39,167 nt of DNA from an uncultured Candidatus Saccharibacteria bacterium (lineage in GTDB: Bacteria > Patescibacteriota > Minisyncoccia > UBA6257). The DNA lies in assembly GCA_964513365.1 (NCBI GenBank), contig CAZEMH010000003.1, positions 1-39,167 of the forward strand. Reading direction: 5' to 3'. The position numbers and the translations under genes are program-made. Shown piece after piece: positions 1-9,568 of the stretch; the stretch's first letter is position 1, and each line of letters starts with the position of its first letter. Under the pieces are notes generated by a model. It worked only from the letters and a program-made list of their open reading frames with translations. It ran no database searches and was not told the origin of the DNA.

Positions 1-1240
1 CTCCATGAGGAGGAACGCCGTATTTAAACGCGTTTATCAAATGACCAAATTTTTCTGCAATATCTTCTGGCTTATGCCCCAATATCTCAAAGATAGTTTT
101 TAATAATTTTGGTTGATGAATTCTTAAAGAACCGCCCCCAATCTCATAACCATTTAAAACAAAATCATATTGGTTGGCAAACGGCTTGCTTGGGTCTTTT
201 TTAATTCTTTCAATCAACTGCTCAATTGTTTCATCTTTTTCTAATTTAGGACTTGTAAATGGATGGTGAACAGCACCCCATTTTTTTTCTTCTTTTTTAA
301 ATTCAAAAAGAGGAAAATCAACAATAAAAGCAAAAGCTAATTCATCTGAATTGTTTTTATCTTTTCTTAAATCTGGCTTATCTGATTTGTACTTTTCAAT
401 TGCTTCCTTGTAAGTAATGCGCGGAAAAGGATATTGCTTAATCTTTTTTTCAGGATAAATTTTTTCAATTAATTGTTTAAATAAATTTTCTATTAAACTT
501 AAAACATCTTCCTGGGTTGGAAAATCCATTTCCAAATCCAATTGAGTAAATTCAGGCTGCCTATCGCCACGCGTATCTTCATCCCTAAAACAACGAGCAA
601 TTTGAAAATATCTTTCAAGGCCAGCTACCATTAAAAGTTGCTTGTATTGCTGCGGACTTTGCGGCAAAGCATAAAATTTTCCAGGTTCTAAGCGAGATGG
701 AACTATGTAATCACGAGCTCCTTCTGGAGTAGATTTAGTTAAAATGGGAGTTTCTACTTCTATAAAACCATTATCAGAAAGAAAATCGCGAATAAACTTG
801 ATTATCTTGTGCCTAAAAATAATATTTTTACTTAAACGCTCACGACGCAAATCCAAATACCTATATTTTAAACGTACTTCTTCTTTAACATCTTTGCCAT
901 CTGTTGATAAATCAAATGGCGGAGTTAAGGCTTCGCTTAATATTTTTAAACCAGTTGCTTCAATCTCTATCTTACCAGTTGGAATTTTAATATTCTCCAT
1001 TGATTTTGGCCTAGCTTTAACAATCCCTTTTATCTCAATGACCCATTCTGTACGAAGTTTATTGCTTAATTCATAGACTTCTTTCTTATCAGGAGAAAAA
1101 ACAACCTGTACTTTATCTGTTCTATCGCGCAAATCAATAAAAATAATCTTCCCGTGGTCTCTACGGGAATCTACCCAGCCATAAAGAGATATTTCTTTAT
1201 CAATTTGTTGTGGCGTATCTTTTATCCAAAGACGGGGCAT
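1..1240 (-). CDS. aspS: Aspartate--tRNA ligase (partial; C-terminus lies beyond the left window edge)
   Basis: It is missing from the ORF track because it runs off the edge. Reverse-strand translation from ATG 1238-1240 gives MPRLWIKDTPQQIDKEISLYGWVDSRRDHGKIIFIDLRDRTDKVQVVF..., the AspRS OB-fold anticodon-binding domain. The frame is still open at base 2, reading ...AEKFGHLINAFKYGVPPHG (class II motif 3 region). Confidence 0.9.
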   Translation of the reverse strand, partial: MPRLWIKDTPQQIDKEISLYGWVDSRRDHGKIIFIDLRDRTDKVQVVFSPDKKEVYELSNKLRTEWVIEIKGIVKARPKSMENIKIPTGKIEIEATGLKILSEALTPPFDLSTDGKDVKEEVRLKYRYLDLRRERLSKNIIFRHKIIKFIRDFLSDNGFIEVETPILTKSTPEGARDYIVPSRLEPGKFYALPQSPQQYKQLLMVAGLERYFQIARCFRDEDTRGDRQPEFTQLDLEMDFPTQEDVLSLIENLFKQLIEKIYPEKKIKQYPFPRITYKEAIEKYKSDKPDLRKDKNNSDELAFAFIVDFPLFEFKKEEKKWGAVHHPFTSPKLEKDETIEQLIERIKKDPSKPFANQYDFVLNGYEIGGGSLRIHQPKLLKTIFEILGHKPEDIAEKFGHLINAFKYGVPPHG

Positions 1241-1271
1241 ATTTTAAATACTTAATGGTTTAATATAATTT

Positions 1272-1300
1272 ATTGTATAATAAAAAACACTATTAGGCAA
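1272..1300 (-). promoter_or_regulatory. Candidate sigma70-type promoter for aspS
   Basis: On the minus strand: -35 TTGCCT (1295-1300), a 17-nt spacer, then -10 TACAAT (1272-1277), about 31 nt upstream of the aspS ATG. Chance matches are plausible in AT-rich DNA. Confidence 0.3.
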
Positions 1301-2119
1301 CTATTTAACCTTAAAACGGATTGTTCCGTCCAAATCAGTGCGAAAAATCTTGGCCCTAATATCTTTTAATCGTTGAACAACATCAGGATGAGGATGCCCG
1401 TATCTATTTTCCCCTACTTCAATAATTGCTATTTGAGGATTAAATTCTTTTAAAAATTGCGTACAAGAAGAGTAGCGAGAACCATGATGCGCTACTTTTA
1501 ATATTCGATTACCCAAACAAGAAATCAAAGGTAAGATTTTCTTTTCCTGAGCAGAACTAATATCCCCAGTAAAAAGAAAACAATTCTTACCAAGAGTTAA
1601 ATTCGCTATTAAACTAAATTTATTAGGATCTTGTTCAGAAGAAACCATTGCTTCTGGATAAATCACCAAAAGATTATCCTCTTTTTCCCAACTCACTTTT
1701 GTACCAGCTATTCCTTTAATTATCAAGACATCTTTCTTTTCTAATTCTTGAAGTAATTTTTGAAACGAAGAATCAGGATAAGATAAATTATTAAGCATTA
1801 CTGCCCTAACTTTGTATCTTTCCAATATATCAAACAAACCACTAAAATGGTCTTTATTAGGATGTGAAAGAACAAACAAATCAATTGTTCTATCATAAAA
1901 AGACAAGGATTTATCTAATTCAGAAAGAATTTTCGCGTCAGGACCAGCATCAATTAAAATATTGCCAGCTGGAATCTGAATAAGCTCTGCGTCACCCTGA
2001 CCAACAGATAAAAAACTCACTTTACCCTTAGAACTACACAAAAAATCAAAAATAATCCAATAAGAAAAAATATTGACAGAAATTAATAACAATAGAAGAT
2101 ATAAAAGAGATTTTTTCAT
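1301..2119 (-). CDS. Stand-alone membrane-anchored metallo-beta-lactamase-fold protein (equivalent to the ComEC C-terminal domain)
   Basis: It has an N-terminal hydrophobic helix (MKKSLLYLLLLLISVNIFSYWIIFDFL). This is followed by the ComEC-type MBL signature SFLSVGQGDAELIQ, then VLSHPNKDHFSG and VAHHGS. Its start lies 5 nt after the stop of the ComEC channel gene. Confidence 0.8.
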   Translation of the reverse strand: MKKSLLYLLLLLISVNIFSYWIIFDFLCSSKGKVSFLSVGQGDAELIQIPAGNILIDAGPDAKILSELDKSLSFYDRTIDLFVLSHPNKDHFSGLFDILERYKVRAVMLNNLSYPDSSFQKLLQELEKKDVLIIKGIAGTKVSWEKEDNLLVIYPEAMVSSEQDPNKFSLIANLTLGKNCFLFTGDISSAQEKKILPLISCLGNRILKVAHHGSRYSSCTQFLKEFNPQIAIIEVGENRYGHPHPDVVQRLKDIRAKIFRTDLDGTIRFKVK

Positions 2120-2124
2120 AACAA

Positions 2125-3513
2125 TTAATGTTTTTTATAGATATAAGAGAAAAGAAAAATATAGTAAGGAATAATAAGCCAATGTAAAATAGATGGAACA
2201 TAAATCTGCGACCAAGACAAAGAAGAAAATAATGAGACAACTTTTAAAAAATAAATGAGAATTAAATTCAGCAACGCCCCTAGAAAAAGCCCAAAAGGAT
2301 AAAATAACAAAGAAAAGATTGCAACAATTGCCCCGCCCATCATTATTAAAGGAACAAATGGAAGAATTAAAAGATTGGTAATTGGAGAAACTAAAGAAAA
2401 AACCTGGGTTTTAAAGATAATCCAAGGTATAACGAATGTTAAAGCTGAAAACGTAGAAAGAAGAGTCTCTCTAATGATCTGGCCTTTTCTATTAAACCAA
2501 TCCTGCTGCCAAAATTCACTTTCTTTCCATATAGGATAAAGAAAAATTATTCCAGCCGTAGCTAAAAATGAAAGCTGGAAACCTAAATCCCAAAAAAGAA
2601 TCAAAGGATTTAGCCAAACCATTACCACGGCAGCTAAAAGCAAAGCATTAAAAGAATTATAAAGACGAAAACTAAAACGGGATAAAACCAATAAAAATGC
2701 CATAATAGCAGCCCGAATAATAGAAGGGGTTAGGCCCACCATAAAAGCAAAGCATAATAGAAACAAAGAGGAAAAAACAAAATTAACAGAATTACTCATA
2801 CATAAAATATCAAGAAAACCAGAAAGTGCTTTTGTTATTATTGATAAATGTAACCCAGAAGCAACAATAACATGAGATAAACCACATTTTCTTATCTGTT
2901 TTTCCAAAAGAGATGTTAAATTATTCTTAGCTCCGAACATCAAACTAACAAGAAGGCTTGATTGTGGTTCAGGAATTATCTTTTGTAAAGAATTTACAAT
3001 TTTATTTTTTATTAACAGGGATATTTTTCTCAGAGAAAACTTAGCTGGAGAAAGAAGCTTTATGGAAGGGTAACTCATTCTCCCAGAAACAACTGCAGAA
3101 TTATACGAACGAAAGCCAGCAAAAGGCTTAACTGTTCCTTTGATATTTATAATATCCCCGTAATAGTGACGTGGATATCTGTCTGTATAAATAACAATTT
3201 TTGGAATAACAATCCTTTGATAATTTTCTTTTAAAACAGGTTCTGCAATAATTTGAGCATTAATTTCTATTTGAGCTTCCTTAGTAATTGCAGTGTCCTT
3301 TAATTGTCCAAAAACAAAAGAATATCGGAATCCCCCTAATAATAAACTCAATAAAATTAAAACAATAAGCTTTTTTCTTTTAAAAAAAAGATAAGCACAA
3401 ATTAAAAAAGAAAAAAAGAAAACAATAGATAAAGAAAAGTAATAAGATAAAACTACACCAATTAAAAAAGACGCCCCGCATTCTCGAAAGACTCTTGAAG
3501 GAGAGGGCGTCAT
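2125..3513 (-). CDS. comEC: ComEC/Rec2 DNA-uptake channel protein (OB/DUF4131-like region plus polytopic competence domain, no MBL domain)
   Basis: The 462-aa protein is strongly hydrophobic and multi-pass. Its N-terminal region (TAITKEAQIEINAQIIAEPV...YGDIINIKGTVKPF) resembles the ComEC OB fold. The core contains GLSHVIVASGLHLSII, typical of the competence domain. Its ATG overlaps the nrdG TGA (ATGA). Confidence 0.8.
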   Translation of the reverse strand: MTPSPSRVFRECGASFLIGVVLSYYFSLSIVFFFSFLICAYLFFKRKKLIVLILLSLLLGGFRYSFVFGQLKDTAITKEAQIEINAQIIAEPVLKENYQRIVIPKIVIYTDRYPRHYYGDIINIKGTVKPFAGFRSYNSAVVSGRMSYPSIKLLSPAKFSLRKISLLIKNKIVNSLQKIIPEPQSSLLVSLMFGAKNNLTSLLEKQIRKCGLSHVIVASGLHLSIITKALSGFLDILCMSNSVNFVFSSLFLLCFAFMVGLTPSIIRAAIMAFLLVLSRFSFRLYNSFNALLLAAVVMVWLNPLILFWDLGFQLSFLATAGIIFLYPIWKESEFWQQDWFNRKGQIIRETLLSTFSALTFVIPWIIFKTQVFSLVSPITNLLILPFVPLIMMGGAIVAIFSLLFYPFGLFLGALLNLILIYFLKVVSLFSSLSWSQIYVPSILHWLIIPYYIFLFSYIYKKH

Positions 3514-4205
3514 CTTATATCACATTTAGAAAAATATGGTTTTATTTTTTTTAATATGTTTTTTATCCTTTGTTCTGACCACGGTTGAAGATTTTTAAAT
3601 TTTTCATTTAAAACCTTGTTATTTTTGAAACGCTGAAGAAAATAACGAGGAGCAAATTGTATCCAGTTAACAATAGCTAAAATATCCTGTTCTTCTAAAA
3701 TATTGGGGGCTAAAGTTGTTCTAAATTCATAATCAACCTTATCCTGTTTTAATAATTCTATACTTTTATCAATATTATCCACAATATTTTCATCCTCAAT
3801 AAAAAGCTCGTATTTTTGCTTTGGTGCTTTTATATCCATTGCAATATAATCTATTAATTTCCCTTCAATTAAACTATTTAAAACATTTGGGCAAGAACCA
3901 TTTGTATCCAATTTTACTAAAAAACCTAGATCCTTTACTTTTTTTATAAAATCTATTAGGTCAGATTGAATTGTAGGTTCTCCGCCAGTAATACATACTC
4001 CTTCTAATAATTTTTGACGTTCTTCTAAAAACTCAAGAATTTCTTTTTCTGTAATTTTTGGTTGTTTTTTAATTAATTCTGGCAAAACTAATTCTGGATT
4101 ATGGCAATATGGACAACGAAAATTACAGCCAGCAGTAAAAATAGTAGCTGCCACCTTTCCTGGATAATCAACTAAAGTTGTTTTTTGTAATCCACCAAAC
4201 AGCAT
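3510..4205 (-). CDS. nrdG: Anaerobic ribonucleoside-triphosphate reductase activating protein (radical SAM)
   Basis: It carries the CNFRCPYCHN radical-SAM cluster motif near the N-terminus, is 231 aa long, and sits 3 nt downstream of nrdD. Confidence 0.9.
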   Translation of the reverse strand: MLFGGLQKTTLVDYPGKVAATIFTAGCNFRCPYCHNPELVLPELIKKQPKITEKEILEFLEERQKLLEGVCITGGEPTIQSDLIDFIKKVKDLGFLVKLDTNGSCPNVLNSLIEGKLIDYIAMDIKAPKQKYELFIEDENIVDNIDKSIELLKQDKVDYEFRTTLAPNILEEQDILAIVNWIQFAPRYFLQRFKNNKVLNEKFKNLQPWSEQRIKNILKKIKPYFSKCDIR

Positions 4206-4208
4206 AAT

Positions 4209-6320
4209 TTATATTTTAAAAGTAGAGCGTTCTTTAAATTCTTCCTGTTTTCCTTTATGCCATTGCTGTACAGGGCGCAAATACCCAACAATTCTAGAAT
4301 ATACCTCACATGGCTGCTCTATTGTGCATTTTGGGCAAATAAAATGTTCCCCTTCTATATACCCATGAATAGGACAAATAGAAAAAGTAGGAGTTAAAGT
4401 AAAGTATGGCAAACGGAATTTTTCAAAAACAATTTTAATTAAAGATTTTACTGATTTAGGATCAGATACTGCCTCACCCAAAAAAGCATGAAAAACCGTG
4501 CCACCGGTATATTTTGTCTGTAATAGATCTTGTAATTTTAAAGCTTCAAATAAATCATCTGTATAATTTACAGGCAATTGGGTTGAATTTGTATAATAAG
4601 GTTCCTCCTCGCCTGCAGTAATAATATCAGGATATTTTTTCTTGTCTTGTAATGCCAGGCGATAAGATGTACCTTCAGCAGGAGTTGCTTCCAAATTATA
4701 CAGATTTCCAGTTTCCTTTTGATATTCTACTAACCTATCCCTCATAAAATCCAGTGCTTCAGTAGTAAACTTGATTCCTTTTTTATTCCCTATATTTATT
4801 CCTAGAAAATTAAGAAGCGCTTCATTCATTCCAATTAATCCAATTGTTGAAAAATGATTTCCCCAATAACAACCTCTCATCTTTTTTACTCCACTTAAAT
4901 AATGTTTCGCATAAGGATAAAGTCCTTTTTCTGTCCAGTCTTCTAAAACTTTTCTTTTTATTTCCAAACTAACTTTTGCCAAATCCATCAAATCAGCCAA
5001 TCTCTGGAAAAATTCTTTTTTTGTTTTTGATAAATAAGCTAATCGAGGCATATTAATGGTTATTACGCCAATACTGCCTGTTAAAGGCGCCGCTCCAAAC
5101 AATCCGCCTCCTCTTTTATAAAGTTCCCTGTTATCCAACCTAAGACGACAGCACATCGAACGCGCGTCATTAGGGCTCATATCAGAATTAATAAAATTTG
5201 AGAAATATGGGATGCCATATTTTGCCGTCATTTTCCAAATTCCATCATAAACTGCATTATTCCAATCAAAATCTTTTGTAATATTGTACGTAGGAATAGG
5301 AAAAGTAAAAACTCTACCGCTAGCATCTCCTTCCGAATAAACCTCGCAAAGCGCCTGATTGAGCATATCCATTTCCCCTTGAAACTCTCTGTAAGTTTCT
5401 TTCTGGGACTGACCACCAATTATTACAGGTAAATCCTTAAAATAATTTGGAACTTTTAAATCCAAAGTAATATTTTCAAAAGGCGTTTGAAAACCGACCC
5501 TCGTTGGAACATTGCAATTGAAAAGAAATTCCTGTAGAGATTGTTTTACTTCTTTATAAGTTAAATTATCATAACGAATAAAAGGTGCTAATAAAGTGTC
5601 AAAATTCGAAAAAGCCTGAGCGCCAGCTCCTTCTCCTTGTAATGTATAGAAAAAATTAACTATTTGCCCTAAAGCAGAACGAAAATGTTTTGCAGGTTTT
5701 GATTGAATTTTTCCAAAAACTCCACCAAATCCTTTTAAAAGAAGATCGTATAAATCCCATCCGCAACAATAAGTGGCTAGAATATCTAAATTATGAATAT
5801 GGAAATCTCCGCTTTCAGCTGCTTTTCTAACTTCTGGCGGATAAATTCTTCTTAACCAATATTTTTTTGCCACATAAGCAGAAACATAATGATTTAACCC
5901 CTGCAAAGAAAAGGCCATATTGCTATTCTCTTTCACTTCCCAATCTTTTTCTTTTAAATACTCGTCAACTAAACTTATAGCTTCGCCAGTAACTATGCGG
6001 CTTTCTCTTAATTCTTTTCGCTGTTCACGATACAAAATGTATGCTTTTGATGTTTCTACTAAATTTTCTAAAATTAAAACTTCTTCAACAACATCTTGAA
6101 TTTGTTCTACATCAGGAATTTCTTCTTTTTTAAATCTTCTGTTCAAAATTTTTACCACACGAGAACATAATTGCCGTGATAAAACTTTGCCTCCTTCATC
6201 AGTTGCTGTTAAAGCTTTATAAATAACTTCCTCTATCTTCTTTTTATCAAAAAGAACAATATCCCCTGTTCTTTTTTTAACATGTTTAATATGATTTATA
6301 AATTTTCTTTTAGGGGACAT
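4209..6320 (-). CDS. nrdD: Anaerobic (class III) ribonucleoside-triphosphate reductase
   Basis: It has an N-terminal ATP-cone (VKKRTGDIVLFDKKKIEEVIYKA) and a C-terminal Zn site (CPIHGY...CPKC). The glycyl-radical motif is SRIVGYLRPV. Length is 703 aa. Confidence 0.95.
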   Translation of the reverse strand: MSPKRKFINHIKHVKKRTGDIVLFDKKKIEEVIYKALTATDEGGKVLSRQLCSRVVKILNRRFKKEEIPDVEQIQDVVEEVLILENLVETSKAYILYREQRKELRESRIVTGEAISLVDEYLKEKDWEVKENSNMAFSLQGLNHYVSAYVAKKYWLRRIYPPEVRKAAESGDFHIHNLDILATYCCGWDLYDLLLKGFGGVFGKIQSKPAKHFRSALGQIVNFFYTLQGEGAGAQAFSNFDTLLAPFIRYDNLTYKEVKQSLQEFLFNCNVPTRVGFQTPFENITLDLKVPNYFKDLPVIIGGQSQKETYREFQGEMDMLNQALCEVYSEGDASGRVFTFPIPTYNITKDFDWNNAVYDGIWKMTAKYGIPYFSNFINSDMSPNDARSMCCRLRLDNRELYKRGGGLFGAAPLTGSIGVITINMPRLAYLSKTKKEFFQRLADLMDLAKVSLEIKRKVLEDWTEKGLYPYAKHYLSGVKKMRGCYWGNHFSTIGLIGMNEALLNFLGINIGNKKGIKFTTEALDFMRDRLVEYQKETGNLYNLEATPAEGTSYRLALQDKKKYPDIITAGEEEPYYTNSTQLPVNYTDDLFEALKLQDLLQTKYTGGTVFHAFLGEAVSDPKSVKSLIKIVFEKFRLPYFTLTPTFSICPIHGYIEGEHFICPKCTIEQPCEVYSRIVGYLRPVQQWHKGKQEEFKERSTFKI

Positions 6321-6389
6321 ATTGAAATAAAATTAATATGAATAATAAACAACAACAAAAAATTTACTAATTTGTTATTTATTTCTTAT

Positions 6390-7616
6390 TTATTCTTCCT
6401 CATTATCTTTTGTCTTTTTTCTTCGAAGAAAAGCAGGTATTTCAAGTTCTTTTTTTTCTTCAGTTTTCTCTTTTTGCTCTTCTTCATTAACAGGAATTTT
6501 TACTTCTAGTGGTAAAGCCCGGCTTGTCTCCCTAAATTCTTCTCCAAAACCTCCTGCTATGACAGTAACTTTTACTTCTCCTTTCCTAAGATCATTATCA
6601 AAACTAGCTCCAAATACTACCTGTGCATCTTTTGCTATAGATTGAGTAATAGTTCTTGCTGCATCATGAATTTCTACTAATGATATATCCTTTCCTCCAG
6701 CAACATTGAAAAGAACGCGCCTTGCTCCATCTATAGAAACATCTAATAGTGGAGAAGAGATAGCTAATTGCGCGGCTTTTTTTGCCCGTTCCTGTCCTTT
6801 TGCTCTTCCTATTCCCAATAAAGTACTCCCTGCCTCAGTCAAAATTGTCCTTAAATTTGCAAAATCTAAATTTATTAAACCAGGATAAGCAATTAAATTA
6901 ACCATTCCTTCCACTCCTTGTTTTAAGACATCATCTACTTTAACAAAAGCCTCAAGGACTGGAGTTTTTTCATCAATAATATTAAAAACTCTGTCATTAG
7001 GAATAGTCACTAGAGCGTCAACTTCATTAAAAAGCCTATCCCACGCATCATCAGCAATTTCCAACCTTCTTTCTCCCTCAAAAACAAATGGTTTTGTTAC
7101 TACTGCTATTACTAAAGCGCCTGATTGTTTTGCTAAATTTGCAACAATGGGCGAAGCTCCAGAACCAGTTCCCCCACCTAATCCGCATGTAAGAAATAAT
7201 AAATCAGCTCCTTGGACTGCTTGATTTATTTCTTCAACACTTTCTTCTGCAGCTTCTCTTCCTCTAGTTGGATCCATTCCAGCTCCTAATCCACGACAAA
7301 CTTCTTTTCCTATCTGTAATTTAATATCTGATTTTGTACTATGCAAACCTTGGATATCAGTATTAATTGCAATAAATTCAACTCCTTCAATTCTTTTTTC
7401 CTTCATCCGTGTTACCACGTTGCCTCCAGCTCCTCCTACCCCTATTATCTTGATTCGAATATTTTTAGTAAGAAAATTTTTTTTCTCTTCTTTCTTCTTT
7501 TTCTGCAATTTTAATTTCTTAATTGGTTTCTGAACCAATTTTTGCTTTAACAATTTTTTCTTTGGCGTTACTTTTGACTTTTTGTTCAATTTTTTAATTT
7601 TTTGTTTTTTCTTCAT
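6390..7616 (-). CDS. ftsZ: Cell division GTPase FtsZ with a Lys-rich N-terminal extension
   Basis: Motifs seen are GVGGAGGN, the tubulin signature GGGTGSG, and the C-terminal FtsA-binding peptide ELEIPAFLRRK. The first ~47 residues are almost entirely K/Q/L. Confidence 0.95.
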   Translation of the reverse strand: MKKKQKIKKLNKKSKVTPKKKLLKQKLVQKPIKKLKLQKKKKEEKKNFLTKNIRIKIIGVGGAGGNVVTRMKEKRIEGVEFIAINTDIQGLHSTKSDIKLQIGKEVCRGLGAGMDPTRGREAAEESVEEINQAVQGADLLFLTCGLGGGTGSGASPIVANLAKQSGALVIAVVTKPFVFEGERRLEIADDAWDRLFNEVDALVTIPNDRVFNIIDEKTPVLEAFVKVDDVLKQGVEGMVNLIAYPGLINLDFANLRTILTEAGSTLLGIGRAKGQERAKKAAQLAISSPLLDVSIDGARRVLFNVAGGKDISLVEIHDAARTITQSIAKDAQVVFGASFDNDLRKGEVKVTVIAGGFGEEFRETSRALPLEVKIPVNEEEQKEKTEEKKELEIPAFLRRKKTKDNEEE

Positions 7617-7651
7617 AAATACTTAATTTATTCTTCTGGAAATAGAATTTA

Positions 7652-8854
7652 TTAAAATTTATTAAAAAAATTAGAAATTTTTTCAAGAATGCCAGGTACT
7701 GGCATTGGACCATTTTTACTCTCTAAGATTAAATTAAGCAATCCCAATACAGGAACAAAAGATAAATCAGGATTTTCTCTATACCATTCAATATCTGGAT
7801 TGGCTAATCTTACAGGAAGCTTAAATTTTTCTTTAGCTAATTCAGCAATAAAAGGTATTTTAGCTCCTCCGCCATAAAGAATCACGCCTCCGGGAAGTTT
7901 TCCAAAACGTTCAATTTCTTTTAACCTATCTGCAACTAAATCAAAGATTTCTGATAAACGAGCTTCTATAATCTCTGCTAAAAATTTCTTGCTTATCTTT
8001 TCATTAGATTCACCTTCTTCAAAATAAACACTCAAGTCTATATTTTCATTCTTTCCAACTTTTTTCCTGGTCGCCACACCTTCATTAACTTTTATTTTTT
8101 CTGCAATATCGATATATGTTTTTAAACCTACTGCAATATCATTTGTTATACTATCTCCTCCAATGGGAAACACTTGCAAATCTAATATTTCATCATCTTC
8201 ATAAACACAAGCGCTAGTAGTACCAGCGCCTAAGTCTAGAGCTATTGCCCCTAAATCTTTATCTTGGTCAGTAAGAGCAATTTCTGCTCCTGCAAATGGT
8301 AAAACAATTTTTGAATTAAATTTCAGATTAACCATTTCACCTAAACGATCAATATAGCTGATATTAGGAGTAAATGCATCAATTAAAAGACATTCTGTTT
8401 CAATTTTTAATCCCTTCATTCCTACTGGATCTTTTACTTTGGCAACTCCATCAACAATATAATTTCTTGAAACAGTTTGAACTAAAGTTCTGTTGGGTGG
8501 AAGCGCAAAAGCTTGAGCAGCTTTATCAGCCCTTTCTTTGTCTTCTTCAGTAATTTCCTGATCAGGCCGCGAAACTACGGCTACGCCTTTAGAAAGACGG
8601 GTTTTTAAATTAGGGCCTCCTATTCCTACAATAGAATTTTTAAAATGGATATTTTTTAGCATTCCCTCAATTTCCGCAACTAGATTATCCAACTCTTCTG
8701 CTGTTTCTTCCAAGTTTACAAGTTCTCCTTTTTTAATGCCGCGGGATTTTCTATGGCCCGGCAAAACAACACTCCAATTATCAGAATCTTCTTTGCCAAC
8801 CAAAGCTTTTATATCAAAAGTGCCTAAATCTATTGCTAAAATATGAGAACGCAT
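7652..8854 (-). CDS. ftsA: Cell division protein FtsA (actin-like ATPase)
   Basis: It shows ILAIDLGTFDIKALVG (phosphate 1), DLGAGTTS, and GGGAKIPFIAELA. The C-terminus has an amphipathic tail (GILEKISNFFNKF). It lies directly upstream of ftsZ. Confidence 0.9.
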   Translation of the reverse strand: MRSHILAIDLGTFDIKALVGKEDSDNWSVVLPGHRKSRGIKKGELVNLEETAEELDNLVAEIEGMLKNIHFKNSIVGIGGPNLKTRLSKGVAVVSRPDQEITEEDKERADKAAQAFALPPNRTLVQTVSRNYIVDGVAKVKDPVGMKGLKIETECLLIDAFTPNISYIDRLGEMVNLKFNSKIVLPFAGAEIALTDQDKDLGAIALDLGAGTTSACVYEDDEILDLQVFPIGGDSITNDIAVGLKTYIDIAEKIKVNEGVATRKKVGKNENIDLSVYFEEGESNEKISKKFLAEIIEARLSEIFDLVADRLKEIERFGKLPGGVILYGGGAKIPFIAELAKEKFKLPVRLANPDIEWYRENPDLSFVPVLGLLNLILESKNGPMPVPGILEKISNFFNKF

Positions 8855-8863
8855 ATTTACTAA

Positions 8864-9319
8864 TTACTTAATAATTGCTTGTAAAATTTTATCTTCTAAA
8901 CATTCCATTTTTTTCTGACTTTCTTTATTGCCATGAGTATAACCATAAAGGTGCAAAATACTATGGATAACTAATTTTTGATAAAAAAAATTAAGAGAAA
9001 TATCAAACTTTTTAACTTGTTTTTTTATCTCTTCAGGACAAAGAAAAATATCCCCAAGTATTTTTTCCCTTTTTCCTGATTTTGTTAAAACAATTTCATT
9101 TAAAGGGAAGGAAAGAACAGTTGTAGCTTTATTTTTACCGCGCCAATAATTATTTAACCGACGCATATCTCGAGAATTAACAAAAATTAAAGATATATCT
9201 GTTTTTTCTTTCTCCTTTAACTCTATTAAAGATTTTTCAACAATGCTTCGAAAGAATCTTTTTGAAGGGATATTTTGTCTATCTAAATTATATATTAAAA
9301 CTTCGGGTTTGAAAACCAT
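8864..9319 (-). CDS. ybeY: rRNA maturation endoribonuclease YbeY
   Basis: It carries the H-x3-H-x5-H zinc motif HSILHLYGYTH and is 151 aa long. Confidence 0.9.
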   Translation of the reverse strand: MVFKPEVLIYNLDRQNIPSKRFFRSIVEKSLIELKEKEKTDISLIFVNSRDMRRLNNYWRGKNKATTVLSFPLNEIVLTKSGKREKILGDIFLCPEEIKKQVKKFDISLNFFYQKLVIHSILHLYGYTHGNKESQKKMECLEDKILQAIIK

Positions 9320-9323
9320 TGTT

Positions 9324-9539
9324 TTAAAGTATCCCCTTTTTCCTTTTTATATTTACTTCTTTTAAAACTTCTATCTTATGAAGAGCAGATGATTTAACAC
9401 TTCTTTTATTAGGCTTTGGGATATAAAATCTTCTTTTACGGGCCTCTAAAAGCACTCCGCTTTTTTTTATAATTTTAAACGCTCTGCCTAAAAAAGAATT
9501 TAAATTTTCTCCATGTCTTCTTTTTATTGTAATTGACAT
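9324..9539 (-). CDS. rpsU: 30S ribosomal protein S21
   Basis: This basic 71-aa protein matches the S21 pattern FLGRAFKIIKKSGVLLEARKRRFYIPKPNKRS. Confidence 0.8.
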   Translation of the reverse strand: MSITIKRRHGENLNSFLGRAFKIIKKSGVLLEARKRRFYIPKPNKRSVKSSALHKIEVLKEVNIKRKKGIL

Positions 9540-9568
9540 AATTTAAATAATTCTTAATTTTACAATAT

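Noticed and set aside
744-1076. 110-aa plus-strand ORF from the supplied track
   Set aside because: It lies entirely antisense to the clearly conserved aspS reading frame, and its low-complexity sequence has no recognisable motif. It is typical of a shadow ORF in AT-rich DNA.
6321-6389. AU-only inverted repeat (AATAAATAACAA...TTGTTGTTTATT) between ftsZ and nrdD as a terminator
   Set aside because: The stem is entirely A-U/G-U with a 13-nt loop, so it is too weak to call. It is indistinguishable from chance symmetry in AT-rich spacer.
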